Below are positions 38,543 through 48,100 of a DNA stretch of 64,000 nucleotides, in pieces. Origin of the DNA: Polyangiales bacterium (GTDB taxonomy: Bacteria > Myxococcota_A > Polyangia > Polyangiales > Houyiibacteriaceae); NCBI GenBank assembly GCA_045106895.1, contig JBGCFM010000039.1, positions 64,001-128,000 on the forward strand, written 5' to 3'. The position numbers were made by a program, and so were the translations under genes. Under the pieces are notes generated by a model, which was not told where the DNA came from, did no database searches, and saw only the letters and a program-made list of their open reading frames with translations. Position 1 is the stretch's first letter, and every line of letters starts with the position of its first letter.

Positions 38543-38617
38543 TGGACGTGCAGCCTCATTGGACGTGCGGTCTCACTAGAAGCACAGTCTCACTAAACGC
38601 GCAGCCTCACTGGACGC
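38533..38617. repeat. Five tandem degenerate 17-bp repeats spanning a gene junction
   Basis: gcagtctcattggacgt / gcagcctcattggacgt / gcggtctcactagaagc / acagtctcactaaacgc / gcagcctcactggacgc. Confidence 0.9.
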
Positions 38618-39098
38618 GCAGACTATCGGGAGAATCGCGAAACCTCGCGTCAAGCTGTGGCGTGAACCCCGTCGTCGCGTGCGGGACATAAGCCGCCAGT
38701 GCGTGAAGCACCGCGCCTTCTTGCCCCGCCTCGCATGGGACCACAAAGAACTGCCCGTCGCTCATTCCGCAGCGGACCATAGCGACGTTGGCGGAGCCGG
38801 TGACCACCCGCACGTGGAGCCAGACGATGTCGTTCCAGCGGGAGGGCAGCAACTGCAGTGACTTGGCCTTGGCAGGGTCACGAAATGATAGGAAGACAGG
38901 AATCAGACCAAGCGGCCCGAAGCATGTGCCAATGAACCAGAGCTTCTGATTATTGCCGCTGAAGGCAAAATACGCCAAGCCTGCGAGAAGGCCCATTATT
39001 GCCATGTATAAGATGCCCATCTTGCGAAAGTCCGCGTACCTCGACCGCACTTGGGCGAGGATGAGGGCCTCGAGACTCTCGGGCATAGGAGTGCTCAT
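38607..39098 (-). CDS. Hypothetical two-TM membrane protein
   Basis: Two hydrophobic helices, then a soluble domain ending PHATTGF...FRDSPDSLR. Confidence 0.7.
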   Translation of the reverse strand: MSTPMPESLEALILAQVRSRYADFRKMGILYMAIMGLLAGLAYFAFSGNNQKLWFIGTCFGPLGLIPVFLSFRDPAKAKSLQLLPSRWNDIVWLHVRVVTGSANVAMVRCGMSDGQFFVVPCEAGQEGAVLHALAAYVPHATTGFTPQLDARFRDSPDSLRVQ

Positions 39099-39161
39099 GA
39101 CTCTTGTACGCTCCTGTTCCGTGTAGCTTCCTTACGTTTCGATTGAAATTTGCACCTATTT

Positions 39162-40346
39162 TCAGAGGCGGCGGCAGACACTTGCGTTCGAAGGGGAGCA
39201 CGCAACGGAGCAAGCCGCGCTGCAGGTGGCGGACGTCAACGTGTACCCCTCGGGGCAGCCAGCGCCGCAGGATGTAACCTCGGCGGACTCGGCGAGAGCA
39301 CAAGTGGCGGAGTTATAGCCAGTGGAACACGGGCCGCAGGATGGGTTGCACAGAATGGCGCTCCTGTAGTGAGTGTTGGGGCAGGTGAGACCGCAAACGG
39401 AAAACGAAGCCGTGCAGTTGGGGGTGCAAGTGATGGTGTTGTAGGCGCCGTTGCAGGACCCGGCACATTCGCTCGGGTCACAGCGAAGAGCACTCCAGTG
39501 ATATCCCGCGGGACAGCCGGCGGTGCACTTGTCGAACGCATCGCAAGTGCACGTATCGCAGCCACCCCAGGTGCATGACGCCGTGCACGTTTGTGAAGTG
39601 CAGGTGCCGCAAACGTTGGTGGCGCCGGGAGAGCACACGCCCTCGCCGCTGCAGGCCCCGAAGAGATCCCAGCGGCAAGACTCGTTGCAAGTGCGGCTTC
39701 GCGTTCCGCAGTTGCCGCACTCGCTCGTGTCCGTCTCTCCGGCGGCGCATTCACCTTCGCTCGAGCAAGCGCCCCACTCACCCCATCCGCAGCCTGCGTT
39801 GCACAGACGCTCGCGAGTTCCGCAGTTGCCGCAGGGCTCAGTTTCTCGAGCGCCGGGCTCACAGGTCCCCGCTTCGGTTCCGCACGCCACGCACATCCCC
39901 GTGACGCATTCACCGCCGCCGGGGCAAGGCGTCCCCGGACAGCACGCGCCACCGGGCGCGCCGCACGCTTGGCACTGGCCGGCCTCACAAGAGAAGCCCG
40001 TCGCGCACGCGTCTCCCAGGCAGCAGGGCTGTCCAGTGCGACCACAGGACTGACAGATGCCGTCTTCGCAGACGAGGATGCCCCGGCATGTATCACCGGG
40101 GTCACAGCAGTCGAAGCCTTCAAAACCACAGCCCATGTCCGGGCCGCGGTCAAAACCGGTGTCGACGAACTCGTCGGCGTCGACAGCGCCTACGTCTTCA
40201 ACGCCGAAGTCCGGCGTCACGACGTCCGGCGCGCAGCCATCGCAACGCTCGGTATTGGGCCCCGATCCGCGTGCGCACGAGACGAGGAGACAAGCCAAAG
40301 CGCTGACGTAGAGCAGCGAACTGGCGCGGCCTAGCAGGGGAGACAC
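39162..40346 (-). CDS. Cys-rich repeat lipoprotein
   Basis: Lipobox LVSC; CG..G..CC repeats; C.PG..E...CGNCGTR.R.C...C.W..WGAC repeats. The GTG at 40346 overlaps the upstream gene. Confidence 0.75.
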   Translation of the reverse strand: MSPLLGRASSLLYVSALACLLVSCARGSGPNTERCDGCAPDVVTPDFGVEDVGAVDADEFVDTGFDRGPDMGCGFEGFDCCDPGDTCRGILVCEDGICQSCGRTGQPCCLGDACATGFSCEAGQCQACGAPGGACCPGTPCPGGGECVTGMCVACGTEAGTCEPGARETEPCGNCGTRERLCNAGCGWGEWGACSSEGECAAGETDTSECGNCGTRSRTCNESCRWDLFGACSGEGVCSPGATNVCGTCTSQTCTASCTWGGCDTCTCDAFDKCTAGCPAGYHWSALRCDPSECAGSCNGAYNTITCTPNCTASFSVCGLTCPNTHYRSAILCNPSCGPCSTGYNSATCALAESAEVTSCGAGCPEGYTLTSATCSAACSVACSPSNASVCRRL

Positions 40347-41473
40347 ACCAGGAGTCCATTGTGGAAAATCCGGTCGTAGAGCGTGTTGTCGCAGATGGGC
40401 TCGCACGACCAAACCTGCTCATTCGCAAGGAACGTCGGGACCTGGGAACCTCCGCAGACGATGTCCGGCGGTCCAGCGCAGACGCGTTTGAACCCGTAGA
40501 GGTAACCGTAGCGGGCGATGAACTCGCAAGGCGGCTCGCAGCGCCAGCGTCCGCCCGTCTGGTAGGTGGGGTACTGGTTTTCCGCGCAGGTCGGGGGTGG
40601 TGGCGCGCAGACGAAGCCGCCGTCGCGGAGCGTCACCTGGACTTGGCCGTTGCTGCAGGGCGTGTTCCCGCAGGTCATCGGCATCACCGGCTCGCCGTCG
40701 CCGGGCTCGAGCTGGGGGGGGCCAGCGATGGGCGGAAAGGTAGAGCGCTCCGTGTAGATGGGCCCTTGGCCGTTCGGGCAGACCGGCGTCGCGCAGGCGT
40801 CGTCGTCACGGCAGTCGTCGTCGTCGCAGTCGATGCTGCCGTCGCAGTCTTCATCCGCTCCGCCCCAGCACACGGCCTCCGTGGGCGTGCAGGACATGGT
40901 GCAGACGTCATCGTCGCGGCACGCGGGGTCTTCGCAGTCGATGAGTCCATTGCAGTCGTCGTCGACGCCGTCGTCGCAGGCCGCTTCGATCTGCACAGTG
41001 GAAACGCAGCGTGCGTCGGACTCATCGACTAGGCCGTCGCAGTCTTCGTCGAGCCCCGTCGCGCTGATCTCCGTGCTCGGCAAATCTTGGTCGACGCAGA
41101 GCCCCCATACGCCGACCTCGCCTTCGGGTTCGCAGGCTTGCTGTCCCGCGCTGCACTCACCGACTTCGTCGGCGCCAACGGGCCCAAGCCAGCACGCGCG
41201 TACCGTGCCCACGGTGCAGTCGCAGCCGTTGTCGATGCGACCGTCGGCGTCGTCATCCACGCCATTGCCGCAGACCTCCGTGCGCGGTTCACCGAGGCCC
41301 TCGCCGGCGTCGCCGCCGCCATCCTCGCCGGTGTCGAACTGGGCATCGACGGCGCTGTCCCCGAGCCCCGTGTCGCCACGGCGGGCGTCCGCGCCGCCAT
41401 CCTCGCCGCCCAGCGTCCCGCCGCCGCAGGCCATGAGCAATCCGGTCAAGAGCGCGAGGTGCCGTAGCGTCAT
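40331..41473 (-). CDS. Cys/Asp-rich lipoprotein with E.C.G.D.DCDG..DE (MopE-related putative metal-binding) repeats
   Basis: Lipobox LMAC; EVCGNGVDDDADGRIDNGC, GLDEDCDGLVDE, GVDDDCNGLIDC. Confidence 0.8.
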   Translation of the reverse strand: MTLRHLALLTGLLMACGGGTLGGEDGGADARRGDTGLGDSAVDAQFDTGEDGGGDAGEGLGEPRTEVCGNGVDDDADGRIDNGCDCTVGTVRACWLGPVGADEVGECSAGQQACEPEGEVGVWGLCVDQDLPSTEISATGLDEDCDGLVDESDARCVSTVQIEAACDDGVDDDCNGLIDCEDPACRDDDVCTMSCTPTEAVCWGGADEDCDGSIDCDDDDCRDDDACATPVCPNGQGPIYTERSTFPPIAGPPQLEPGDGEPVMPMTCGNTPCSNGQVQVTLRDGGFVCAPPPPTCAENQYPTYQTGGRWRCEPPCEFIARYGYLYGFKRVCAGPPDIVCGGSQVPTFLANEQVWSCEPICDNTLYDRIFHNGLLVCLPC

Positions 41474-41680
41474 TTCGTGATGTTACGTGATCTCGCCGCC
41501 GGAGTGGAGAGGGGCGCCGTAAATCCCTCGTAGCGAGGACGCCTTACTTCCCCTCTATCGCCCTAACGAGTCGTAACTACTGCTCTCTACGGCACCCTGG
41601 CGCTGACTCGCCGGCGAGGGAGTCAAACAAAGGCGTCAAGGACCCAAGGATTGACAGGCGAGCTACGTCTAGGAAGGACC

Positions 41681-42238
41681 ATGCCCGAAGTCACGCCCAA
41701 CTTGGTCCCCAAACAGAAGCGCTCCCTGAACATCCTCACGGTGCCCGAGCCCTGCGCGGAGCCATGGGATGAGATGTCCATCAAAGGCGAAGGACGCCGG
41801 CACTGCGATATGTGTATGCAGGATGTCTTCGACCTCTCGACGATGACCCAGCTCGACGCCGAGGCGTTGGTCTTCGAGAACACGGGGAACGTATGCGTGC
41901 GCTTCTTCCGTCGCGAAGACGGCACCATCGTGACGAGCGACTGTACGCCCGTGCGAAAACGAGCTCTCACGCGCGCTGCCGGTGGTGTACTCAAAACAGG
42001 TCTGCGCGTCGCATCGGCGTGCCTCGCTCTGTTGGCGGCGTTCGGCGTAGCCCGTGCCGCTGGCGTCGATATGTTCGGCTGGGCGCGCGGCACCAGTATC
42101 GGGAAGCACTTGCTCATGGAAGAGGTCCCGCAGCCCCTCGCCGGCGCGCCCATGGCCCATTGGGAAGAGCCGGAGGTGGTGAGCGAACCCGTGCAGGACG
42201 AGGCCCCGGCACAGAGCGACACCGGCGGCGACGAATAG
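41681..42238 (+). CDS. Hypothetical protein with an N-terminal Cys-cluster domain and a TM helix
   Basis: PC...WDEM...RHCDMC...VFDLS...CVRFFRREDGTIVTSDC; GGAAGG RBS. Confidence 0.75.
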   Translation: MPEVTPNLVPKQKRSLNILTVPEPCAEPWDEMSIKGEGRRHCDMCMQDVFDLSTMTQLDAEALVFENTGNVCVRFFRREDGTIVTSDCTPVRKRALTRAAGGVLKTGLRVASACLALLAAFGVARAAGVDMFGWARGTSIGKHLLMEEVPQPLAGAPMAHWEEPEVVSEPVQDEAPAQSDTGGDE

Positions 42239-42322
42239 GGTTGGCGATTGTTCGTCGCACCGCGCACTTCGAAAGTGGTGTGAATCGTGGGCTTTGACGG
42301 GTAGCGCGGCTACTCTGCGCTC

Positions 42323-44638
42323 ATGAGTCGACTTACTCCTTTTTTTGCGTGCCTCCTGTTTGTCGTCAGCTGTGATTGCGGCGGCGAGGTCGAAGAGGGC
42401 TGCTCGAACGACGGGGATTGTCCCGTGGGCGAGCTCTGCACGGACGGTCTTTGTGTTCAACCCGGTGACGCAGGCCTTGGCGACGTGAGCGCGCCGGACG
42501 CCGGCCCCGGCGACGCGGGCGGAGACGACGCGCCGACGGACCGCTGCGAGCCCACCGAGACGGAGTGCGGCCCCCGCGCCTGCTGCGGCGAAGGCGAGCT
42601 CTGCCGTTTCGATTCGTGCGTCTCGGACTTCGGCCCCTGCGACACGAACGACGACTGCGGCGGCGACAGCTACTGTGACGCGGAGGGGCGTTGTATCCCC
42701 TACGGCGTTCCCGCCGAGCGTGTGAACGACGAGACCTGCAGCCGCACCATCGACATCGACGCCGTCACCCCCGAGGTGCAGTGCCGATGGGTGGGCCCGC
42801 CGGACGGTGACGCAAGGCCGGAGTCCATCCACGTCATGGCGACGCCGGTGGTCATCGACCTGGACCTCGACAACGACGCCACCACGTTGGCTCCCTCCAT
42901 CGTCTTCGCGAGCTTTCCCACGGTGGGCGTCTATCGGGAGCCTGGGGTTCTGCGGATCATCGACGGCGCAACCTGCGAGCAGCAGTTTAGCTTCCCGACA
43001 CCGGAGGATGCTGTGATGTCGCCAGCCGGCGTCGCGGCGGGTGACCTGAACGGAGATGGCCGAGCGGAGATCGTTGCCGTGGGCCACGACGGGGGACTCA
43101 AGGCCTTCGAGTTTGACGGCACGAACTTCACGCGCATCTGGACGAGCGGCGTCTGCGACGGCGCTGGCGGACGCACGGCGGACAACACAGGCGGACGTGA
43201 CGAGTGGGCCGGGCCCTCGATCCACGACCTCGACGACGATGGCGTCCCGGAGCTTCTCCTCGGCGGCGTGGTCTACGGCGCCGATGGCTGCGTGCTCAGC
43301 AGCACCCTGGGCTACCTCGCCTACAGCCAGGGCCTCGTGCCTGTCATCGCCGACGTGGACATGGACGGCCGCATGGAACTCATCTCCGGCGACGGCGTCT
43401 GGGAGTGGGACAGCGATTCCTTCGACTGGGTCGCCGAGACGTGGTTCATCGCCGGTAGCCTGCGCGGACAGGTCGCCGTGGCGGAGCTCGGCGACTTCCC
43501 CATCGCGGCCCTTGGCGGCGCCGACGGCCCTGAAGTCGCCGTAGTCTCGAATGGCACGGCGCGGGTACAGACGCTGGACGGAGTCACGGTCTTCGGCCCC
43601 TTCGCGATCAACGGTGGCGGCCGAGGTGGCGCGCCGACGGTGGCGGACTTTGACGGTGACGGGCGACGCGAGTTCGCCACAGCAGGCGGATCCCAGTACG
43701 TCGTCTACGACCTCGACTGCATCGAAGGCGGCGGCTCCGGCACTTGCGCGAGCGACCGCATCGACGGCGTGCTTTGGACGGCCGGAAGCCAGGACAACAG
43801 CTCCAACGTGACGGGCTCAAGCGTCTTTGACTTTGACGCCGACGGCGCCGCAGAGGTGGTCTACGCCGACGAGTGTTACCTCCGCATCTACGACGGCGCC
43901 GACGGCGAGGTCGTCTACAGCGCCGCGCGTTCCAGCGGCACCGCCTACGAGAACCCGGTCATCGCCGACGTGGACGGCGACTTCCAGTCGGAGATCGTCA
44001 GCGCCGTGAACGACTATGCGGCTGGGCTCGTGTGCCCCGCGACGGACCCGCTGCGCCCCACCACGACGTATGAGCGGAACCACGGCATCGTCGTGCTGCG
44101 CGACACCGAAGACCGATGGGCGGCGTCGCGTCCAGTGTGGAACCAGCACGCCTACGCCGTCACGCACGTCGGCGACCGCGGCGAAATCCCTGCATCGAGC
44201 GCCGTGGCCATCAACTGGACCGACCCGGACTTGAACAACTTCCGCCAGAACGTCCAAGGCGACCTCGAGTCGCTCGGCCTGGCGGACCTCACCGTCGCCG
44301 GAGAAGAAGGCCCCCTGGAAGTCTTCTGCGAAGGCGAAGACGGCCGCGACGCCACCCTCCCCGCGCAGATCTGCAACCGAGGGACGTTGCCCTTGGCCGC
44401 GGGCACCGAGATCGCGTTTCGCCTGGACGCCGAAGACGGCACCGAGCTGTGCCGCACGCCAGTCCCTGTCGCGCTGACTGTCGGCATGTGTTTGGAGGTC
44501 ACCTGCACAGCGACGCTTCCGAGCGCGGAGCGCGTCGACCTTTACGTGGTCGTCGACCCCGACGAGCTAGAGCCCGAGTGCTGGGAAGGAAACAACTTCG
44601 CGCGCTTGGCCGACGTCCGCTGCGTCACCGTCGATTAG
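42323..44638 (+). CDS. FG-GAP/VCBS-repeat lipoprotein with a C-terminal CARDB-like domain
   Basis: GDLNGDGRAEIV, DLDDDGVPEL, ADFDGDGRRE and FDFDADGAAEVVYADE repeats; VVDP...EC.EGNN. Confidence 0.88.
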   Translation: MSRLTPFFACLLFVVSCDCGGEVEEGCSNDGDCPVGELCTDGLCVQPGDAGLGDVSAPDAGPGDAGGDDAPTDRCEPTETECGPRACCGEGELCRFDSCVSDFGPCDTNDDCGGDSYCDAEGRCIPYGVPAERVNDETCSRTIDIDAVTPEVQCRWVGPPDGDARPESIHVMATPVVIDLDLDNDATTLAPSIVFASFPTVGVYREPGVLRIIDGATCEQQFSFPTPEDAVMSPAGVAAGDLNGDGRAEIVAVGHDGGLKAFEFDGTNFTRIWTSGVCDGAGGRTADNTGGRDEWAGPSIHDLDDDGVPELLLGGVVYGADGCVLSSTLGYLAYSQGLVPVIADVDMDGRMELISGDGVWEWDSDSFDWVAETWFIAGSLRGQVAVAELGDFPIAALGGADGPEVAVVSNGTARVQTLDGVTVFGPFAINGGGRGGAPTVADFDGDGRREFATAGGSQYVVYDLDCIEGGGSGTCASDRIDGVLWTAGSQDNSSNVTGSSVFDFDADGAAEVVYADECYLRIYDGADGEVVYSAARSSGTAYENPVIADVDGDFQSEIVSAVNDYAAGLVCPATDPLRPTTTYERNHGIVVLRDTEDRWAASRPVWNQHAYAVTHVGDRGEIPASSAVAINWTDPDLNNFRQNVQGDLESLGLADLTVAGEEGPLEVFCEGEDGRDATLPAQICNRGTLPLAAGTEIAFRLDAEDGTELCRTPVPVALTVGMCLEVTCTATLPSAERVDLYVVVDPDELEPECWEGNNFARLADVRCVTVD

Positions 44639-44662
44639 CGCGCCCACTACGAAGACAAGAGT

Positions 44663-45148
44663 TCAGCAGCCCGTGTCCACTAAGTACCACTGACCATCGG
44701 CCTCGACGGCGATGGTACTCGTGGGTGCGCCGCGAACGCTTCGCTGCGCGGTTCGGCCGCCAAGCTGACGGATGGACGAACGGACACCGCCTTCGTAAAG
44801 CTCGCCGTTTTCGAGGACTTCCTCGATGCACGTGATGACCTCGGCCATTTTTTCGTCCGTCGCCCGCGTCAGCTCTCGCTGCACATCCGCCTGCAGGGCC
44901 GGGTGAAAAAGTGCGGCGAGGCCCACCATGTCTCCTGCTTGGGCGACTTCGATGAGCCGCTCCATAAGCTCGCTAAGTTCGGCTTGGCCTGGCGCGCGGA
45001 CCACGGCTGGCTCTTCCGGGGATGCAGGTATGGAAGGCGCTGAAGCCGCCGGTCCTTCGAGCTGCACAGACACAGGTTCCGGGGCGACTGCTGCCGTCGA
45101 AGCGCAGGAAAACAAGTACGTCGAAGCCAGAAAGGCGAGGGAGCGCAT
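44663..45148 (-). CDS. Hypothetical lipoprotein
   Basis: Lipobox LFSC; ...EADGQWYL end. Confidence 0.65.
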   Translation of the reverse strand: MRSLAFLASTYLFSCASTAAVAPEPVSVQLEGPAASAPSIPASPEEPAVVRAPGQAELSELMERLIEVAQAGDMVGLAALFHPALQADVQRELTRATDEKMAEVITCIEEVLENGELYEGGVRSSIRQLGGRTAQRSVRGAPTSTIAVEADGQWYLVDTGC

Positions 45149-45189
45149 GCGGGATCATATCACGGAGGGCGAAGGCGTTTGTCACGCGA

Positions 45190-48100
45190 TCACTCGCGAT
45201 CGATCGCGTGGCGCTCCATCCACCGGTAGAGCGTCATGCGGCTCACGCCGAGGTCCCGCGCGGCCTTGGACTTGTTGCCGTCGGCATCGCGCAGCGCCGC
45301 CACGATGAGCGAGCGATCGAGCTCTGCGTGCGCCCTCTGTCGCGACACGGGCAAAGCCGAGCGCGTAAAGAGGTCTTCCGCCGCGATGAACTCGCCCTCG
45401 GCGACGAGGTGTGCGCGCTCAAGCATCTGTTTGAGCTCGCGCACGTTGCCTGGAAAGTCGTGGTCGATGAGCGCGCGCATCGCTCCCGGCGAGAGGCGCC
45501 GCATATCCGCCGGCGAGAGCGCTGCGACAAGCTCGCCAAGGTCTTCGCTGCGATCACGGAGCGCAGGCAGTTCCACTTGGACGCCGGCGAGGCGGTAGTA
45601 GAGGTCTTGGCGAAAACGACCCGCGTCGATCTCCTGGCGCAGGTCTCGGTTGGTGGCGGCGACAATACGCACGTCGACGCTCAACGTCTGGTTTCCGCCG
45701 ACGGGGCGAATCTCGTTTTCTTGAAGCACGCGCAACAGCCGCGCTTGCATTCGCAGGGGCATCTCGCCGATCTCATCGAGGAAGAGCGTGCCCCCCTCGG
45801 CGCTGCGAAAGAGGCCGGGATGATCGCGTAGGGCGCCGGTGAAGGCGCCGCGGACGTGGCCGAAGAGCTCGCTCTCGAGCAGTGACTCCGTCATGGCGCC
45901 GCAGTTGATGGCGAGGAGCGGGCCTCGTTCTCGCTCGCTACGTTGATGGACGAGGCGCGCGAAGAGCTCTTTACCTGTACCGGACTCTCCCTCGATGAGC
46001 ACCGGCAGCATGGAGGGCGCGACCTTGGTGGCGAGGCGGATGGCGTCTTGAATCGCTCGTGAGCCTCCGACGAGACCGTGGGCCTCCATGGGTGCCGCGA
46101 GGGTGTTCTGAAGTCGCGCGATCTCCAACGCCTGTCGCTCGTTGAGACGTCGAGCATCGACGGTCTCGCGCTCCAGCACCTCTGCGCGAGCCGCCGCCGC
46201 CGCGTGGAGACGCGCGTTCTCGAGGCCGAGACCGAGGACATCGCCGAGGGCCATGAGCCACTCGCGCTCGTGCGGACCAAACGCCGCGGCGGCGAAGCGA
46301 TGGTCGAGGTAAAGGACCCCGACGATAGCGCTCGGAGAGTGCACGGGAACACAAAGAACAGAGCGTAGCCCCATCTCGTGAACGCTGCGGACGGAGGCGA
46401 GGTCCGGGTCTTCGTTGGCTTGGGCCACCAACGTCGACTCGCCCGTTTCGAAGACTCCCTCGACGATGGAGCGGCTGAAGCGCTCGCGGCTTCGTTTCAC
46501 AGACTCGCCGTCGAGGTTGCGGGCGGCGAGGACATGGTGTGCGCCGCGGGGACCACGTCTTAGAAGGAATGCGCGTTCGGCACCGGTGATGGCCACGGCT
46601 TCGTCGAGGGCGGCGCGCAAGACACGCGACTCGTCCGGCTCCAAGAGCACTCGCCGAGAGAGCGCCATCAGCCGACGCGCGGCTTCACCGAGGCCGCCGT
46701 CGGCGCCGCGACGCACGTCGAAAGGCGCTGGCAGAAAACGACGACGCAGTCCCGGGGGAAGAGTCTCGGCGATGGTCTCGCGTTCCAGTCGCAGCGCGTT
46801 TTGTGCTTCTTCGCTCTCCGTCGGCCGAAGACGCGTGAGGCACTCCACGCAGAGGGTGCGTCCTCGAATACGAAGCGCCGGGTCCTGGCTCTCGGACGTG
46901 GCGCGCTGAGCGAGTCGAAGGGCGCTCTCCCAGGCCCCATCGTTTCGGGCGCGCAGGCCTTGGTGGAGGGCAAGACGCGGCCCAAGACCCGCGGCGCGCA
47001 ATGCTCGCTCGTCGAGGGGCGGAAGCTGTCGAGCCGAAGCGCCGGGGAGAAGCGAGAGCTCGTTCCAGAGCAGCGCGGCTTCCATGGCCTGCTGCGGGGC
47101 GCCGAGCTCCTCAAAGGCAGCGTGGGCTTTCGACGCCAAAGTGATCGCTCGAGCCGGGTCGTCTCGGTGGGTCTCCGCTTCGATGAGGTCACACTGGGCG
47201 GCGTAGAGGGCATAGCCGGAGCGCGCGCAGGCTTCGCGGGCGCGCGAGAGCGCCAGGCGCGCCTCGGACATACATTCGAGGGCGACGTAGAGCGACGCGA
47301 GGTTTGTCAGCGCTGCCGCTACGGTAACGATGCGATCCAGCGTACGCGCGAGGTCCGCCGCCTTCTCGTACCCCGCGAGAGCATCGCCGTAGCGGCCAAG
47401 GGCGTGGGCCGCGGTGGCGTAGTTGAGCTCATACGCCGGGAGCCCTTGGGGGTCGCCGGCCTCCCGCGCGTGTTTTCGCGCGCGCTCATAGTTGATGGAC
47501 GCTTCGTCCCAACGTCCGAGGGCAGCGAGAGCGCCGCCAAGACGCGCATGGACCTCCGCGCGCTCGCGCTCGGTTAGGGCGAGGGAGAGCGCCCGCGATG
47601 CGATGGCATGGGCGCTCTCCGCATCTCCTTGGGCGCTGGCCATGTCCGCTTCGATGAGCGACGCACGGAGTCGCTGGACGGGCGCGGTCGCAACGGAGAG
47701 AGCTTCGATGGCGAGGGCACGCGCCTCGGTGAATCGACCGGCGTCCCGCGCCGCCTGAGCGCGGACGCATAGAGCGCGCGCCGCGTCGTCCCCTTTGGCG
47801 ACCTGGAGCGCGCGCTGTGCTTCGGCATCCGCACCATCAAAGTCAGCGAGGCGCAGCAGCCACTCCGCGCGGCGAAGGCGTCCCGGGAGCCGGGTGGCGG
47901 GGATGGCGCAAGCGCCACGAAGATCACCTGTGAGCGCCAAGGCGCGGGCGCGCATCGAAGCCGCGTCCCTGCGGGCGGTCCTCGTTTGGCGCGCCTCGAG
48001 GGCGTCGAGGTAGCGGAGAGCGCGCCGGCCGGCGCCCGCGTCGAGGGCGCGGGAGGCGCGCGCTCGGAGCTTTGCTGCGCTCATCGCGTCGAGGTCCGAG

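Noticed and set aside
38533..38617. 17-bp repeats as a mini-CRISPR array or iterons
   Set aside because: Units are directly adjacent with no spacers, and there is no cas or rep gene nearby.
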